A DNA stretch of 64,000 nt from Clostridia bacterium DTU025 (GCA_001513145.1 LFSP01000032.1:20088-84087), one strand, 5' to 3'; shown: positions 48,072 to 59,528, counted from the stretch's first letter. Numbers and translations are program-made. The notes: generated by a model not told the origin, from the sequence alone.

Positions 48072-48464
48072 TTACCTCTTTGAGAACTGAGGTGCCTTGC
48101 GGGCCTTCTTCAGTCCGTACTTCCGGCGCTCCTTCATCCTGGGGTCACGCGTGAGGAAGCCAGCGCGCTTCAGGACCGACCTGAGGTCGGGATCCGCTTC
48201 AGCCAGGGCCCTGGCGATGCCGTGTCTCACCGCTCCTGCCTGGCCTGATACTCCCCCGCCCTGCACGTCGACGTCCACGTCGTACTTGCCGACGGTGTTC
48301 GTGACCGCGAATGGCGCGTTCACCACGAGCTCGAGAGTGCGCCTGCCGAAGTACTCCAGCACGTCCTTGTCGTTGACCTTAATGATTCCGGTGCCCGGGC
48401 TCAACCTAACGCGGGCGACGGAACACTTGCGCCTACCTGTTGCCATGTACTTCAGTTGTGCCAC
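48072..48464 (-). CDS. rpsI: 30S ribosomal protein S9.
   Basis: ...[12 protein letters not shown]..., C-terminal ...[18 protein letters not shown]. Confidence 0.95.
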   Translation of the reverse strand: MAQLKYMATGRRKCSVARVRLSPGTGIIKVNDKDVLEYFGRRTLELVVNAPFAVTNTVGKYDVDVDVQGGGVSGQAGAVRHGIARALAEADPDLRSVLKRAGFLTRDPRMKERRKYGLKKARKAPQFSKR

Positions 48465-48490
48465 AGAGTTCTCCTCCTTCTCCGCCCGTG

Positions 48491-48928
48491 CTAGCCTTTG
48501 ATCTCGAGCACTTCAGGTTGCTGTGCTGCATGCGGGTGCTCAGGCCCGGCATATACCTTCAGCTTCTTGAACATCTGCCTTCCCAGCCTACCGTGGGGCA
48601 GCATGCCCTTGACGGCCTTTTCGATGACCTTCTCGGGCTTCGTCTCGATGAACCTGCGGTAGGTCATCTGGCGAATGCCGCCTGGATACCCGGTGTGCCA
48701 GTAGTGGATCTTCTTGTCAAGCTTGTTGCCCGTAAGCACCACTTTGGATGCGTTGATCACGATCACGTGATCTCCACAGTCGATGTACGGGGTATAGATG
48801 GGCTTGTGCTTGCCCTTGAGGATCGTAGCCACCTCAGTAGCGAGCCTGCCCAGGGGCTTCCCGGCAGCATCCACAACATACCACTTGCGGGTAATGTCGT
48901 CAGGAGTCGGTGTGAATGTGGCCGACAT
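48491..48928 (-). CDS. rplM: 50S ribosomal protein L13.
   Basis: ...[31 protein letters not shown].... Confidence 0.95.
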   Translation of the reverse strand: MSATFTPTPDDITRKWYVVDAAGKPLGRLATEVATILKGKHKPIYTPYIDCGDHVIVINASKVVLTGNKLDKKIHYWHTGYPGGIRQMTYRRFIETKPEKVIEKAVKGMLPHGRLGRQMFKKLKVYAGPEHPHAAQQPEVLEIKG

Positions 48929-49079
48929 CGAGTTCCCTCCCAGATTCAACTGCTCTTCTGAGTGTCGTCAGTGGGTCCGGGGCAGGGCGCCACTGGTACA
49001 AAACTCACGGAGCAATTCTAATATAGCGACAATCCAGTGTCAAGGACGCACGAGCCTGAACTGGAAGAATCCCCACAGC

Positions 49080-49946
49080 TCAGGGACGTGCCAAAGCTGT
49101 GTAAGGTTCGGGGTAATCCACCCGCACCAGATACAGACCGTCTGGCGGAGCCGTGGCAGGCCCCTTAGTCCTGTCGCGCCCGACCAAGAGCTCCGCAGGC
49201 CAACTCGCCTCGCGTCTACCGGCGCCCACCTCCAGCAGGGCCGCTACTATTGTGCGCACCATCTTGTACAGGAATCCGTCCGCCTGCACCTCGAAGACCA
49301 TGATCTCCTGCCCCAGTGCGGGCCAGGTTTCCCGTTTGACCTCGAGACGGCTCACCGTGCGCACCGTCGTACGCGCCGACGATCCTGCCGTCGCGAACGC
49401 CGCGAAGTCATGGGTACCTACCAGCGCCGCAGCAGCCGTTCGCATCGCCTCCAACGCCCCATCGGGCAGGGGCTCGTCCAGTACCAGCGCCCTCCCAGCA
49501 AGGATCGCCGCGCCGGGCTTGGCACCGGCAACCCTCGCCACGTCACCACCGCGGCCGCCGCGGCCATCGCGGCCGTCGTCGCCCCCTCCGCACGCCACCA
49601 GGTACCTGTAAACCTTGCTCACCGCGTCGAAGCGGGCATTGAAGCCGCTTCGCACCTCAAACGAGCGGATCGCCCTAATGTCAGGCGGTAGCTTGGTGTT
49701 GAGCGCAGGAGCGAACCTGTCCGGCGGGATCGTCGACGCCGTGGCGAAGCTCACCACCTGCCCCAGAGCGTGCACCCCCGCATCGGTGCGCCCGGCCCCG
49801 ACGATCCTGATCCTCTCGCCCGTCAGGCTGAACAGGGCGCGCTCCACCTCGCCCTGGATGGTGAGGCCGCCTGCCTGCTTCTCCTGAACCTGGTAGCCCC
49901 GGTAGGCGGTGCCGACGTACTCTAGCACCACAGCGACGCTAGGCAT
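49080..49946 (-). CDS. truA: tRNA pseudouridine(38-40) synthase TruA, with a Gly/Arg/Asp-rich insertion.
   Basis: ...GAGRTDAGVHALGQVVSF.... Confidence 0.85.
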   Translation of the reverse strand: MPSVAVVLEYVGTAYRGYQVQEKQAGGLTIQGEVERALFSLTGERIRIVGAGRTDAGVHALGQVVSFATASTIPPDRFAPALNTKLPPDIRAIRSFEVRSGFNARFDAVSKVYRYLVACGGGDDGRDGRGGRGGDVARVAGAKPGAAILAGRALVLDEPLPDGALEAMRTAAAALVGTHDFAAFATAGSSARTTVRTVSRLEVKRETWPALGQEIMVFEVQADGFLYKMVRTIVAALLEVGAGRREASWPAELLVGRDRTKGPATAPPDGLYLVRVDYPEPYTALARP

Positions 49947-50741
49947 TTACCGCACCACCACCGCGGCCGCCAGGTACACGATGGTGGCCGCCGCCACCAC
50001 CGCGTCCGCCGGACCGAACCTCAGCTGGCGCAGCCTGGTCCTTCCCTGTCCACCCCTGTAGCACCTGGCCTCCATGGCCACAGCCAGCTCGTCGGCGCGC
50101 CTGAACGCGCTCACGAACAGCGGCACCAGGATGGGGATCATGCTCTTTGCCCTGTTGACCAGGCCGCCGCTTTCGAAGTCGGCTCCCCTGGCCATCTGGG
50201 CCTTCATGATCTTGTCCGTCTCCTCCAGGAGCGTCGGGATGAACCTCAAGGCGATGGTCATCATCATCGCGAGCTCATGGGCAGGCACGCCCACGATCCT
50301 CAGCGGGTTCAACAGCCTTTCCAGCCCATCGGTGAAGACTATGGGCGACGTGGTCAGCGTCACCAGCGACGTGGCCATGATCAGCAGCGTCAGCCTGACC
50401 ACGGTCAACAGACCGATCCTCAGACCCTCGTGCGTTGCCCTGAGTCTCCAGATGGTGAACAGCTCCTCGCCAGGGTCCATGAAAAGGTGCAGGACGAACG
50501 TGAGGATCAATATGAAAGCTATGGGCCGCAGGCCCCTGAGCACCATCTTCACGGGCACCCGCGATGACAGCACAGCCGCGGCCACCAGCACCGCCAGCAT
50601 CAGGTACGACCACGGGCTCTCCACGGTGAACAGGGCCACCACCATCGCCAGGGCCAGCAGTATCTTGGTGCGCGGATCGAGGCGGTGAAGAAGGCTGTCG
50701 CCGGGTATGTACTGCCCGATCACAACAGAAGGAACCTTCAT
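49947..50741 (-). CDS. ecfT: ECF transporter transmembrane component EcfT.
   Basis: Hydrophobic protein at the position after ecfA1/ecfA2. Confidence 0.85.
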   Translation of the reverse strand: MKVPSVVIGQYIPGDSLLHRLDPRTKILLALAMVVALFTVESPWSYLMLAVLVAAAVLSSRVPVKMVLRGLRPIAFILILTFVLHLFMDPGEELFTIWRLRATHEGLRIGLLTVVRLTLLIMATSLVTLTTSPIVFTDGLERLLNPLRIVGVPAHELAMMMTIALRFIPTLLEETDKIMKAQMARGADFESGGLVNRAKSMIPILVPLFVSAFRRADELAVAMEARCYRGGQGRTRLRQLRFGPADAVVAAATIVYLAAAVVVR

Positions 50742-51724
50742 ACCCTCTCACCGTCCCAGCTGCCCTGAGCCTGCCCCTGCCCCTGCGATTGCCCCTCTCC
50801 ATGCCCACACCCATGCCCATGCCTCTGCCCCTTGCCCTGGCCGTGCCCATTCGGCCAGCCTGCAAGCAGCGGCACCAGCACCTCCATCGCCTGCTCCAGG
50901 GTAACCACGTCTTCCGGCAGGGGGTGACCCATGCCGCGCAGCTCGTGCACGAGGTCGGTGACCTGGGGCACGCCAAGCCCAATGCCGATCAGCGTGTCGC
51001 GATGACGGAACACCTCGTGCGGCGGGCCCTCCATCACCACGGTGCCGCGGTCCATCACGATTAGCCTCTGCGCGTACCTGGCCACGTCCTCCATGCTGTG
51101 CGACACCAGCACCACAGTGTAGCCGTGCTTTTCGTGCAGATCGGCTACCTCCTGGAGCACCTCTTCGCGCCCCCGGGGGTCCATCCCGGCGGTGGGCTCG
51201 TCGAGCACCAGCACCTCCGGCCCCATGGCCAGCACGCCGGCTATGGCCACTCGCCTCTTCTGCCCGCCCGACAGGTCAAACGGCGACCTCGACCTCAGGG
51301 AGTCGTAATCAAGGTTGACGATGCGCATAGCCTCGCGCACCGCCTCCTCCACCTGCACCTGGGTCATCCCCATTGACCTTGGCGCGAACGATATGTCCGC
51401 CTCCACCGTCTCCTCGAACAGCTGATGCTCCGGGTACTGGAACACCAGCCCCACGCGGCGCCTCACGTCCCTGAGCGACACGCCCTTGGACCAGATGTCC
51501 TGGCCCATCACCTTGATCTGACCCTCATCCGGACGGAGTAAGCCGTTGAAGTGCTGGATCAGCGTGGACTTGCCGGACCCGGTGCGGCCAATGATGGCCA
51601 CCAGCTCACCGCGGCGTATGGCCACGTTAACCCCGTGCAGGGCCTGACGGGCCATGGGGGTGCCTTTCATGTAGGTGTAGCCCAGGTCGACCGTCTCTAT
51701 GACTACCTCGCTCAGCCTGCGCAC
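50738..51724 (-). CDS. ecfA2: ECF transporter ATPase EcfA2, with a His/Gly/Gln-rich C-terminal tail.
   Basis: GRTGSGKSTL, LSGGQKRRVAIAG. Confidence 0.9.
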   Translation of the reverse strand: MRRLSEVVIETVDLGYTYMKGTPMARQALHGVNVAIRRGELVAIIGRTGSGKSTLIQHFNGLLRPDEGQIKVMGQDIWSKGVSLRDVRRRVGLVFQYPEHQLFEETVEADISFAPRSMGMTQVQVEEAVREAMRIVNLDYDSLRSRSPFDLSGGQKRRVAIAGVLAMGPEVLVLDEPTAGMDPRGREEVLQEVADLHEKHGYTVVLVSHSMEDVARYAQRLIVMDRGTVVMEGPPHEVFRHRDTLIGIGLGVPQVTDLVHELRGMGHPLPEDVVTLEQAMEVLVPLLAGWPNGHGQGKGQRHGHGCGHGEGQSQGQGQAQGSWDGERV

Positions 51725-52566
51725 CCCCCTAGAAGGGCATGGATATCCGCCGCCAGCTCCTGCACGGTGAGCGGCGTTCGCGGCATCCTCACGCCTTTCC
51801 TGGCAAGCTCCAGCGCCAGCTCTGTGACCTGCGGCACATCCAGCTGCAGCTGCCTCAGCACGTCAGGCTGGCTGAACACCTCGCGGGGCGCACCTTCCAA
51901 GGCTATCCGCCCATCATCCATGACAATGACCCTGTCAGCCAGCACCGCCTCGCTCATGAAGTGGGTGATGTGCACCACGGCTATGCCCTCTTCGCTGGCC
52001 AGCCTTCTCACGGTACGCAGCACTTCCTGCCTGCCCACAGGGTCCAACATGGCAGTGGCCTCGTCGAGGACGATACACCTCGGCCGCATCGCGATGACGC
52101 CGGCTATGGCCACCCGCTGCTTCTGCCCTCCTGAGAGCTGGTGCGGGGCGGCCTGCTCGTAACCGGTCATGTCCACCAGCGCCAGGGCCTCGTCAACCCG
52201 CCGGCGTATCTCGTCCGGCGGCACGCCGAGGTTTTCCGGGCCGAAAGCGACATCTTCCTCGACGGTGGTCGCCACGATCTGATTGTCGGGGTTCTGGAAC
52301 ACCATGCCCACCGCCTGGCGGATGCTCCACAGCTTGGAACGATCCCGAGTGTTCATTCCGAGCACGTAGACATCGCCGCGTGTGGGCAGGAGAATGGCGT
52401 TCATATGTTTGGCCAAAGTGGACTTGCCCGAGCCGTTATGGCCTATTATGGCCACGAACTCCCCGGCGTCCACGCGAACGTTCACATCGAGAAGGGCATC
52501 TACCCTATCCTGCTCGCCGCCTTCATAGGCATAGCTGACGTTCTCGATGCTGATGATCGGCTCCAT
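51712..52566 (-). CDS. ecfA1: ECF transporter ATPase EcfA1.
   Basis: GHNGSGKSTL, LSGGQKQRVAIAG. Confidence 0.9.
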   Translation of the reverse strand: MEPIISIENVSYAYEGGEQDRVDALLDVNVRVDAGEFVAIIGHNGSGKSTLAKHMNAILLPTRGDVYVLGMNTRDRSKLWSIRQAVGMVFQNPDNQIVATTVEEDVAFGPENLGVPPDEIRRRVDEALALVDMTGYEQAAPHQLSGGQKQRVAIAGVIAMRPRCIVLDEATAMLDPVGRQEVLRTVRRLASEEGIAVVHITHFMSEAVLADRVIVMDDGRIALEGAPREVFSQPDVLRQLQLDVPQVTELALELARKGVRMPRTPLTVQELAADIHALLGGCAG

Positions 52567-52577
52567 AGGCCTTCACG

Positions 52578-52973
52578 CTACTTCTTAGCCGGAGCTTTCT
52601 TATCGGCCTTAGACTCAGCCGTCGCCGCAGGCGCGTCAACGAGCTCGATCATGGCCATGGGAGCTGCGTCGCCTCTCCTCTGCCCAAGCTTGATGATGCG
52701 AGTGTATCCCCCCGGCCTGTCGCCGACCATCGGCCCGATCTCATTGAACAGGCGCTTAAGAGCCCTGGGCTCCAGCACGAACTGGGCGGCAAGGCGCCTG
52801 TGATGGAGCTCGCCTTTCCTGGCCCAGGTTATCAAACGCTCGGCTATGGGGCGAATCGCCTTCGCCTTCGCCTCGGTGGTGATTATCCTGTCATGCAGGA
52901 ACAGGCTCGTGACCGAGCTGCGGAAAAGGGCACGCCGGGCCGCCGTCCTGCGACCGAGTTTTCCCTGCCTCAC
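52578..52973 (-). CDS. rplQ: 50S ribosomal protein L17.
   Basis: [19 protein letters not shown].... Confidence 0.95.
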   Translation of the reverse strand: MRQGKLGRRTAARRALFRSSVTSLFLHDRIITTEAKAKAIRPIAERLITWARKGELHHRRLAAQFVLEPRALKRLFNEIGPMVGDRPGGYTRIIKLGQRRGDAAPMAMIELVDAPAATAESKADKKAPAKK

Positions 52974-53025
52974 TTGGCTCTCCTCCTTAGTGCTACTGCG
53001 TCAAGCCCCACTCTGGGCCTGAAGG

Positions 53026-54009
53026 CTACTCGTCAGGCTGCCTCAGCGACAGGCCCAGCGATGCGAGCTTCTGCTTGACTTCCTCCAGGGACTTGCGTCC
53101 GAGGTTCCTGACTTTCATCATGTCTTCCTCGGTCTTGCGAATCAACTCTTCCACGGTGTTGATGCCCGCCCTCTTCAGGCAGTTGAAGGAACGGACAGAC
53201 AGGTCCAACTCCTCGATGCTCATCTCAAGCACTCTGTCGCGGGCGCTGTCGACTTCCTGTTCCTCCGGGATGTCCTCGCCACCAGCTTCGGTAAGGTTCG
53301 TGAACAGCTCAAGATGCTGCGTTAGCATCTTGGCAGCCGTCGACACCGCTTCCTTGGGGCTCATGGTACCGTAAGTCCAGACCTCGAGGACGAGCCTGTC
53401 ATAGTCGGTGACTCCACCCACGCGAGTGTTCTCCACGGTGTAGTTAACCCGCTCCACCGGGCTGAAATACGCATCCACAGGTATGACTCCGATGGCGTGG
53501 TCGGGCTTCTTGTTGCGCTCCGCAGGCGAGAAGCCCCGTCCTGGCTCCACCACAGCCTCCAGGCTGAGTTCAGCCTCGCGCCCCCTGTCGGGGGAACCGT
53601 CCTCCGCAGCCATTCCCATGAGCCGCGCGATGCGGAGCTCAGGGTTGAGGATCTCGACGTCTGCGTCGGCCTCGAAGTCGGAGGCCAGCACGTCAATGCC
53701 GCCGGCTCCCCGCTTGTGAAGCCTGATCACCCTGGGAGTGTCGCCGTGCAGTCTCACCAGAAGATCCTTGAGGTTGAGAATGATGTCGGTGACATCCTCG
53801 TACACGCCTGGGATCGTCGAGAACTCGTGCAACACGCCCTCGATCTTCACCGACGTCACAGCCGCTCCCGGCAGCGACGACAGGAGAACCCTGCGCAGGG
53901 AGTTGCCCAGAGTAATGCCGTATCCCCTCTCCAACGGCTCCACGACGAACCTCCCGTAGCGCTCGCCGTCCTCTTGACACTCAATTCGCGGCCTCGGAGA
54001 TTCGATCAT
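53026..54009 (-). CDS. rpoA: DNA-directed RNA polymerase alpha subunit.
   Basis: ...[22 protein letters not shown].... Confidence 0.95.
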   Translation of the reverse strand: MIESPRPRIECQEDGERYGRFVVEPLERGYGITLGNSLRRVLLSSLPGAAVTSVKIEGVLHEFSTIPGVYEDVTDIILNLKDLLVRLHGDTPRVIRLHKRGAGGIDVLASDFEADADVEILNPELRIARLMGMAAEDGSPDRGREAELSLEAVVEPGRGFSPAERNKKPDHAIGVIPVDAYFSPVERVNYTVENTRVGGVTDYDRLVLEVWTYGTMSPKEAVSTAAKMLTQHLELFTNLTEAGGEDIPEEQEVDSARDRVLEMSIEELDLSVRSFNCLKRAGINTVEELIRKTEEDMMKVRNLGRKSLEEVKQKLASLGLSLRQPDE

Positions 54010-54045
54010 AGCGTGCTCAACACCTTCCTTCCGTTTCGACCGGCG

Positions 54046-54669
54046 TTACTTGGAGTACAGCTCAACAATGAGTTGCTCCTGGATATCGAGGTCGATCTGG
54101 TCCCTGGTTGGCACTGACAGAACCTTGCCGCTCAACCGGTCATCGCCAAGGGACAGCCACGCCGGAACCGTAGGCGGAGCTGATTCCGCGATAGCCTTGA
54201 ACTGCTCCATGCTCCTGGAAGACGGCCTGACGGCTATCTCGTCTCCCGGGCGAACCTGGTAAGAGGGAATGGAAACCTTCTTGCCGTTCACGGTGAAATG
54301 CCCGTGCCGCACCAGCTGCCTGGCCTGCGGCCGTGACTGAGCCAGTCCCAGACGGTAGACCGCGTTGTCAAGCCTGGTCTCCAGCAGCGCCAGAAGGTTC
54401 TCGCCGGTGATGCCGCGCTTCCTCTCGGCGATATGGAAGTACCTGGCGAACTGGGCCTCATGCACGCCGTAAATCCTACGGAGCTTCTGCTTCTCCCTGA
54501 GCTGCGTTCCGTACTCCGACGTCTTCCTGCGTCCCTGGCCGTGCTGCCCCGGGGCGTACGCTCTCCTGGCTACGGCGCACTTGTTCGTATAGCATCTGTC
54601 TCCCTTGAGAAACAGCTTGGTCCCTTCGCGACGGCACAGCCGGCACACTGGACCCGTATATCTCGACAT
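54046..54669 (-). CDS. rpsD: 30S ribosomal protein S4.
   Basis: [16 protein letters not shown].... Confidence 0.95.
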   Translation of the reverse strand: MSRYTGPVCRLCRREGTKLFLKGDRCYTNKCAVARRAYAPGQHGQGRRKTSEYGTQLREKQKLRRIYGVHEAQFARYFHIAERKRGITGENLLALLETRLDNAVYRLGLAQSRPQARQLVRHGHFTVNGKKVSIPSYQVRPGDEIAVRPSSRSMEQFKAIAESAPPTVPAWLSLGDDRLSGKVLSVPTRDQIDLDIQEQLIVELYSK

Positions 54670-54693
54670 TTCGGCACCTCCTGTATGCCCTCG

Positions 54694-55083
54694 CTACACG
54701 CGCCTTCTTTTCGGCGGCCTGCAGCCGTTATGAGGTATAGGCGTGGTATCCTTGATCATGCTGACTTCAAGCCCTGCTGCCTGCAGCGACCTCACCGCTG
54801 CCTCGCGCCCTCCGCCGGGGCCCTTCACCAGGACCTCGATGGTGCGCATTCCGTGCTCCATAGCCGTCCGCGCCGCCGCCTCTGCAGCCTGCTGCGCCGC
54901 GAAGGGAGTGCCCTTGCGTGAGCCCTTGAAACCCTGCGTGCCCGCCGACGCCCACGAGATCACGTTTCCGGCCTGATCGGTAATGGTGATTATCGTATTG
55001 TTGAAGCTGGACTTGATATGCGCCACGCCGGCCTCAACGTTCTTGCGTTCACGCCTCTTGGTCCTAACCTGTCTCTTGCCCAT
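54694..55083 (-). CDS. rpsK: 30S ribosomal protein S11.
   Basis: ...[18 protein letters not shown].... Confidence 0.95.
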   Translation of the reverse strand: MGKRQVRTKRRERKNVEAGVAHIKSSFNNTIITITDQAGNVISWASAGTQGFKGSRKGTPFAAQQAAEAAARTAMEHGMRTIEVLVKGPGGGREAAVRSLQAAGLEVSMIKDTTPIPHNGCRPPKRRRV

Positions 55084-55094
55084 TTGCCCTCCCC

Positions 55095-55463
55095 CTACTT
55101 CTTCCTGCCGCCCACGGTCCTCTTAGGACCCTTTCTGGTGCGTGCGTTGGTCTTGGTGCGCTGGCCCCTCACGGGAAGGCCACGGCGGTGCCTCAGCCCT
55201 CTGTAGCTGCCGATCTCGATGAGACGCTTGATGTTCTGCGCCTCCTCGCGGTGCCTGTCGCCTTCCACCTTGCAGGTGCGATCGATGGTCTCGCGGAGCT
55301 TCGAGATCTCGTCCTCGGTGAGGTCCCTCACCCGCGTGTCGGGGTCGATTCCGGTTTCCGCCAGGACCCGCTTGGACGTGGTCAGCCCGATCCCATATAT
55401 ATAAGTGAGGGCGATCTCAATGCGCTTATCCCTGGGAAGGTCAATGCCTGCGATTCGCGCCAT
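55095..55463 (-). CDS. rpsM: 30S ribosomal protein S13.
   Basis: [14 protein letters not shown].... Confidence 0.95.
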   Translation of the reverse strand: MARIAGIDLPRDKRIEIALTYIYGIGLTTSKRVLAETGIDPDTRVRDLTEDEISKLRETIDRTCKVEGDRHREEAQNIKRLIEIGSYRGLRHRRGLPVRGQRTKTNARTRKGPKRTVGGRKK

Positions 55464-55479
55464 ATGCTACACCTCCTAG

Positions 55480-55593
55480 CTAGCCCTGTCGTTGCTTGTG
55501 CGTAGGGTTCTCGCAGATAACTCTAACGCGGCCTTTCCGCTTCACGATCTTGCACTTATCGCACATCTTCTTGACCGATGGTCGTACCTTCAT
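55480..55593 (-). CDS. rpmJ: 50S ribosomal protein L36. It is 37 aa and is missing from the ORF track.
   Basis: Translated by hand: [37 protein letters not shown], with a TAG stop. Confidence 0.9.
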   Translation of the reverse strand: MKVRPSVKKMCDKCKIVKRKGRVRVICENPTHKQRQG

Positions 55594-55604
55594 GTCAAGC
55601 CCTC

Positions 55605-55823
55605 CTACTTGTATCTCCACACGATCCTGCCGCGGGTGAGATCGTACGGCGACAGCTGGATGGTGACCTTGTCGCCAGGCAGGATCCTGATGAACTTCAT
55701 CCGCATCTTGCCTGACACGTGCGCCAGAACCTCGTGCCCGTTCTCCAGCTGCACCCTGAACATGGCGTTCGGCAGGGGCTCAGTGACGGTGCCTTCCACT
55801 TCAACACAATCCTCTTTAGCCAT
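55605..55823 (-). CDS. infA: Translation initiation factor IF-1.
   Basis: [41 protein letters not shown].... Confidence 0.95.
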   Translation of the reverse strand: MAKEDCVEVEGTVTEPLPNAMFRVQLENGHEVLAHVSGKMRMKFIRILPGDKVTIQLSPYDLTRGRIVWRYK

Positions 55824-56121
55824 CTATGAGCATGCCCTCCTTTCTTCTCTGTGGTCTGTAAACTCTCAGCGCCGTAACAAGCTGCTGATCGGTGACTGCA
55901 AGCCCCTTCGTCAGCCTCGATGCAATGTCCTGGTCTATCTGGTCCAACAAGATCAGGTGTTTCTTGTTCTTAAGCTTGGGGTCTGACATCTTATGGGTGG
56001 AACCGTCTGCAATGTACACGTAATTGCCACCCACGAGGCGCACGACGATGAACAGCTTGCCCTTGTCCCTTCCCATCTTAGACACGACCAACTGACCCAA
56101 GGCTGGACCATCGGAAGACAC
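55816..56121 (-). CDS. KOW-domain protein (ribosomal L14E/L24-like) found between map and infA in Firmicutes.
   Basis: ...[16 protein letters not shown].... The start is uncertain. I chose a GTG with GGAAGGG upstream. Confidence 0.65.
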   Translation of the reverse strand: MSSDGPALGQLVVSKMGRDKGKLFIVVRLVGGNYVYIADGSTHKMSDPKLKNKKHLILLDQIDQDIASRLTKGLAVTDQQLVTALRVYRPQRRKEGMLIDG

Positions 56122-56145
56122 ACTGACGCACCCTTCCTGCACGTG

Positions 56146-56901
56146 TTACGGGAGAGTCAGAACCACGGGGCCATTCTCAGTGATAGCTACGGTGTGTTCG
56201 AAGTGGGCAGACAGCGAGCCGTCCCGCGTCACAGCGGTCCAGTTGTCGCTGAGCACCTCCACCCCGTGACTGCCTGCGTTGACCATAGGTTCGATTGCCA
56301 GCACCATGCCTGGCCGCAGCCTTCTGCCCTGGCCCGGACGGCCGTAGTTGGGAACCGCGGGGTCCTCGTGCATGTGCCTGCCTATGCCGTGGCCCACGAA
56401 GTCCCTCACCACGGAGAAGCCATTCGACTCCGCATGACTCTGCACCGCATAACCGATATCCCCCAGTGTCATCCCTACGCGCGCCACTTCAATGGCGGCC
56501 ATCAGGCACTCCTCGGTGACTCTCATGAGCTTTCTGGCCAGAGAGCTCACCGCCCCTACGGCAAAGGTTCTGGCGGAATCACCGTGGTAGCCATCGAGCA
56601 CCGCCCCTACGTCAACGCTCACGATGTCGCCCTCGGCGAGCTTCCTGTCTCCAGGGATACCGTGGATCACCTGCTCGTTGACGGACACGCAGATGCTGGC
56701 CGGATAGCCATGGTAGCCCTTGAATGAGGGCTCAGCCCCTGCCGCGCGTATGGTCTCCTCCGCTATGGCGTCAAGCTCGAGCGTGGTGATCCCAGGCCTG
56801 ATCGCCTGGCCAACCCTCTCCAGGGCCTGCCACACCACGAAACCTGCGCGCCGCATGAGCTCTATCTCGGCCGGTGACTTGAAAACGATCATTCGCTGCA
56901 C
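56146..56901 (-). CDS. map: Methionine aminopeptidase type I.
   Basis: ...FKGYHGYPASICVSVNEQVIHGIP..., ...VGHGIGR.... Confidence 0.9.
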   Translation of the reverse strand: MQRMIVFKSPAEIELMRRAGFVVWQALERVGQAIRPGITTLELDAIAEETIRAAGAEPSFKGYHGYPASICVSVNEQVIHGIPGDRKLAEGDIVSVDVGAVLDGYHGDSARTFAVGAVSSLARKLMRVTEECLMAAIEVARVGMTLGDIGYAVQSHAESNGFSVVRDFVGHGIGRHMHEDPAVPNYGRPGQGRRLRPGMVLAIEPMVNAGSHGVEVLSDNWTAVTRDGSLSAHFEHTVAITENGPVVLTLP

Positions 56902-57533
56902 CTTTCCAACGCGCCGGCGATGAGCGCCTCCACCTCTTGCGGTGACCCTGAGCCGTCCACCACCCTGAGTATACCAGCTTTAGCATAGTAATCCTTGAGG
57001 GCCTCGGTGCGCTCACGGTACACTGCCAGCCTCGCCCTGACGGTCTCGGCGGTGTCGTCAGGCCTCAACGTCAGCTCTCCCCCGCATGAACACGTGCCAG
57101 GCTCCGGCGGGGGGTTGAACTCCAGGTGCCACACGCGGTTGCATCTCGGGCACACCCTGCGCCCAACGGCCCGCCTCACCAGCTCGGCCTCGGGCACCTC
57201 TATCAGCACCACGGCGTCAAGCTTCAGGCCTGACCCCGCCAGCAGCTCGTCGAGGCCCAGGGCTTGAGGGACGGTCCGGGGGAAGCCGTCCAGCACGAAC
57301 CCGTTCGTGGCATCCGGCTGCGAAAGCCTCTCGCGGACGATCCCGATGGTCACGTCGTCCGGCACCAGCTCGCCGCGGTCCACGTAGGCCTTTGCCTTCG
57401 CTCCCACCTGCGAGCCTGACGCCATGGCGGCCCGAAACATGTCGCCGGTTGATATGTGGGCCACGCCGTAGCGCCGGCATATGGCCGCCGCCTGCGTTCC
57501 CTTGCCGGCTCCCGGCGGGCCCATGAGGACCAT
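56889..57533 (-). CDS. adk: Adenylate kinase with a zinc-binding lid (CPRC...CSCGG).
   Basis: MVLMGPPGAGKGTQA.... Confidence 0.9.
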   Translation of the reverse strand: MVLMGPPGAGKGTQAAAICRRYGVAHISTGDMFRAAMASGSQVGAKAKAYVDRGELVPDDVTIGIVRERLSQPDATNGFVLDGFPRTVPQALGLDELLAGSGLKLDAVVLIEVPEAELVRRAVGRRVCPRCNRVWHLEFNPPPEPGTCSCGGELTLRPDDTAETVRARLAVYRERTEALKDYYAKAGILRVVDGSGSPQEVEALIAGALERCSE

Positions 57534-57611
57534 TCTCAACGCTCGGCACCTCGATTCCAAGGTTCTATGCCACAGTTCTATCTCAGAGGCTGCCTGAAGG
57601 CTACCTGAAAG

Positions 57612-58874
57612 CTACCTGAGGAAGCCCTCGTACTGCCTCATGATAAGCTGCGCCTCGATCTGCTTCAGGGTGTCGATGGCCACGCCCACCACGATGATCA
57701 GGCCGGTTCCGCCGAACGAGACGCCCTGCGCCGTGATGGCTGAAGTTACGTTGGGCAGAAGCGCCACGATGGCAAGGAATATGGCTCCGACGAACGTCAG
57801 GCGCGTGAGCACCCTGTCGAGGTACTCAGCAGTGGGCCTGCCGGGCCTGAACCCTGGTATGAAGCCTCCGTACTTCTTCATATTGTCCGCCACGTCTACG
57901 GGGTTGAAGGTTATGCCCGTGTAGAAATAGGCGAACACTATGATCAGCGCCGTATACAGGATGTTGTACACCCACACGTTGTACATGAACCTGTTCACCG
58001 ATGAAGTGATGGCCGGAATGAACTGCGCCAGCGTGGCCGGGAAGGCCAGCACCGACGAGGCGAAGATCACAGGGATCACGCCGGCCTGGTTCAGCTTCAT
58101 TGGCATGTGGGTGCTCTGCCCGCCGTACACCCTGCGGCCAACCACCCGCTTGGGGTACTGCACCGGCAGTTTGCGCTGGGCCTCGGAGACCGCCACCAGC
58201 GCGGTGATCAGCGCTCCGCCGCCCACTATCCAGAACAGGATGTATAGCCAGTTTATGCCGCCTTGCTTCAGCATCTCGAATCCATGACGGAGCGAGTTGG
58301 GAAAGGCCGACACTATGCCCGTGAAGATCAGCAGGGATATGCCGTTGCCGATGCCCTTCTCCGTGATCTTGTCGCCCAGCCAGATGGCGGCCGAGGCGCC
58401 GGCAGTCAGCGTCAGTATCGTGGTGAGCCTCCAGATGAAGCCTGGCCTGACTGCGCCGATGAGCATCGCCGAGTAGCTCCAGCCCTGAATCAGAGCCAGC
58501 ACCACTGCAGCGTACCTGGTGTACTGGGATATCTTCTTACGCCCCTCGGGCCCCTCTTTCTTGAGCTCCGCGAGGGCCGGTATCACCGCCGTCAGAAGCT
58601 CGAACACGATGGACGCGGTGATGTAAGGGCCGACGTTCAGGCCGAACAGCGTGAACCTCGACAACGCGCCGCCTGAGAACATGTCAAGCAAGCTCAGTAG
58701 GCCCGCTCCGGTCTCCCCTGCGACCCTGCTGAACTCCTCGACAACCTTGACCGTGTCTACGCCTGGTACGGGTATGAAGGAGCCGATCCTGTACACCACC
58801 AGCAGCGCCGCGGTGAACAGGATCTTCTTGCGAAGATCCGGCACCTTCCAAGCATTGACCAGGGCTGCCAGCAC
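57612..58874 (-). CDS. secY: Preprotein translocase subunit SecY.
   Basis: Ten-TM protein at the canonical position after rplO. Confidence 0.95.
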   Translation of the reverse strand: MLAALVNAWKVPDLRKKILFTAALLVVYRIGSFIPVPGVDTVKVVEEFSRVAGETGAGLLSLLDMFSGGALSRFTLFGLNVGPYITASIVFELLTAVIPALAELKKEGPEGRKKISQYTRYAAVVLALIQGWSYSAMLIGAVRPGFIWRLTTILTLTAGASAAIWLGDKITEKGIGNGISLLIFTGIVSAFPNSLRHGFEMLKQGGINWLYILFWIVGGGALITALVAVSEAQRKLPVQYPKRVVGRRVYGGQSTHMPMKLNQAGVIPVIFASSVLAFPATLAQFIPAITSSVNRFMYNVWVYNILYTALIIVFAYFYTGITFNPVDVADNMKKYGGFIPGFRPGRPTAEYLDRVLTRLTFVGAIFLAIVALLPNVTSAITAQGVSFGGTGLIIVVGVAIDTLKQIEAQLIMRQYEGFLR

Positions 58875-59318
58875 CTATACCACCTCCGCGGAGCCTCCAG
58901 CTGCCTTAATCTTCTCCACAGCCGACTCGCTGAACTTGTTGGCCTGCACCGTGAGGGACTTGGTTAGCTCTCCGTCGCCGAGCACCTTCACCTTGACATC
59001 GTAGCCGCGCACCAGGCCGAGCTCCTTCAGGGCCTCCACGGTGACGACGTCGCCGGCGCTAAAGCGCTCTTCCAAGTCTGCGATGTTCACTACTGCGTAC
59101 TCCACCTTGAACTTGTTATTGAAGCCCCGCTTCGGCAGGCGCCTGTAGATAGGAGTCTGGCCGCCCTCAAAGCCAAAGCGCTTGCCTCCTCCTGATCTAG
59201 AAAGCTGACCCTTCTGACCGCGGCCGCTGGTCTTTCCCCAACCTGATCCGTGGCCACGGCCAACCCGTTTCCGCTCGCGTTTGGCGCCGAACGGGGGACG
59301 CAGATCTTCCAGTCTCAT
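58875..59318 (-). CDS. rplO: 50S ribosomal protein L15.
   Basis: [38 protein letters not shown].... Confidence 0.9.
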   Translation of the reverse strand: MRLEDLRPPFGAKRERKRVGRGHGSGWGKTSGRGQKGQLSRSGGGKRFGFEGGQTPIYRRLPKRGFNNKFKVEYAVVNIADLEERFSAGDVVTVEALKELGLVRGYDVKVKVLGDGELTKSLTVQANKFSESAVEKIKAAGGSAEVV

Positions 59319-59331
59319 CCCTGCACCCCTC

Positions 59332-59517
59332 TCACTCGTTCTCCACGACTTCAACCAGGTGACGCACTTTGTGCAGCATCCCCCGGATGGTCGGAGTGTC
59401 GTCGTGCTCAACCGTCTGGCCGAGCCTGCGCAGGCCCAATGCGCGCACAGTGGCCCGCTGGTCTTCCGGTGCGCCGATGGCGCTCTTCTTCCAGGTGACC
59501 ACAAGCTTCTTAGCCAT
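59332..59517 (-). CDS. rpmD: 50S ribosomal protein L30.
   Basis: [29 protein letters not shown].... Confidence 0.9.
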   Translation of the reverse strand: MAKKLVVTWKKSAIGAPEDQRATVRALGLRRLGQTVEHDDTPTIRGMLHKVRHLVEVVENE

Positions 59518-59528
59518 CAGAACCCCTC

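Noticed and set aside
48929-49079. An L13-leader autoregulatory RNA upstream of rplM.
   Set aside because: Plausible by position, but I could not recognise a conserved structure by eye. It needs an Rfam scan.
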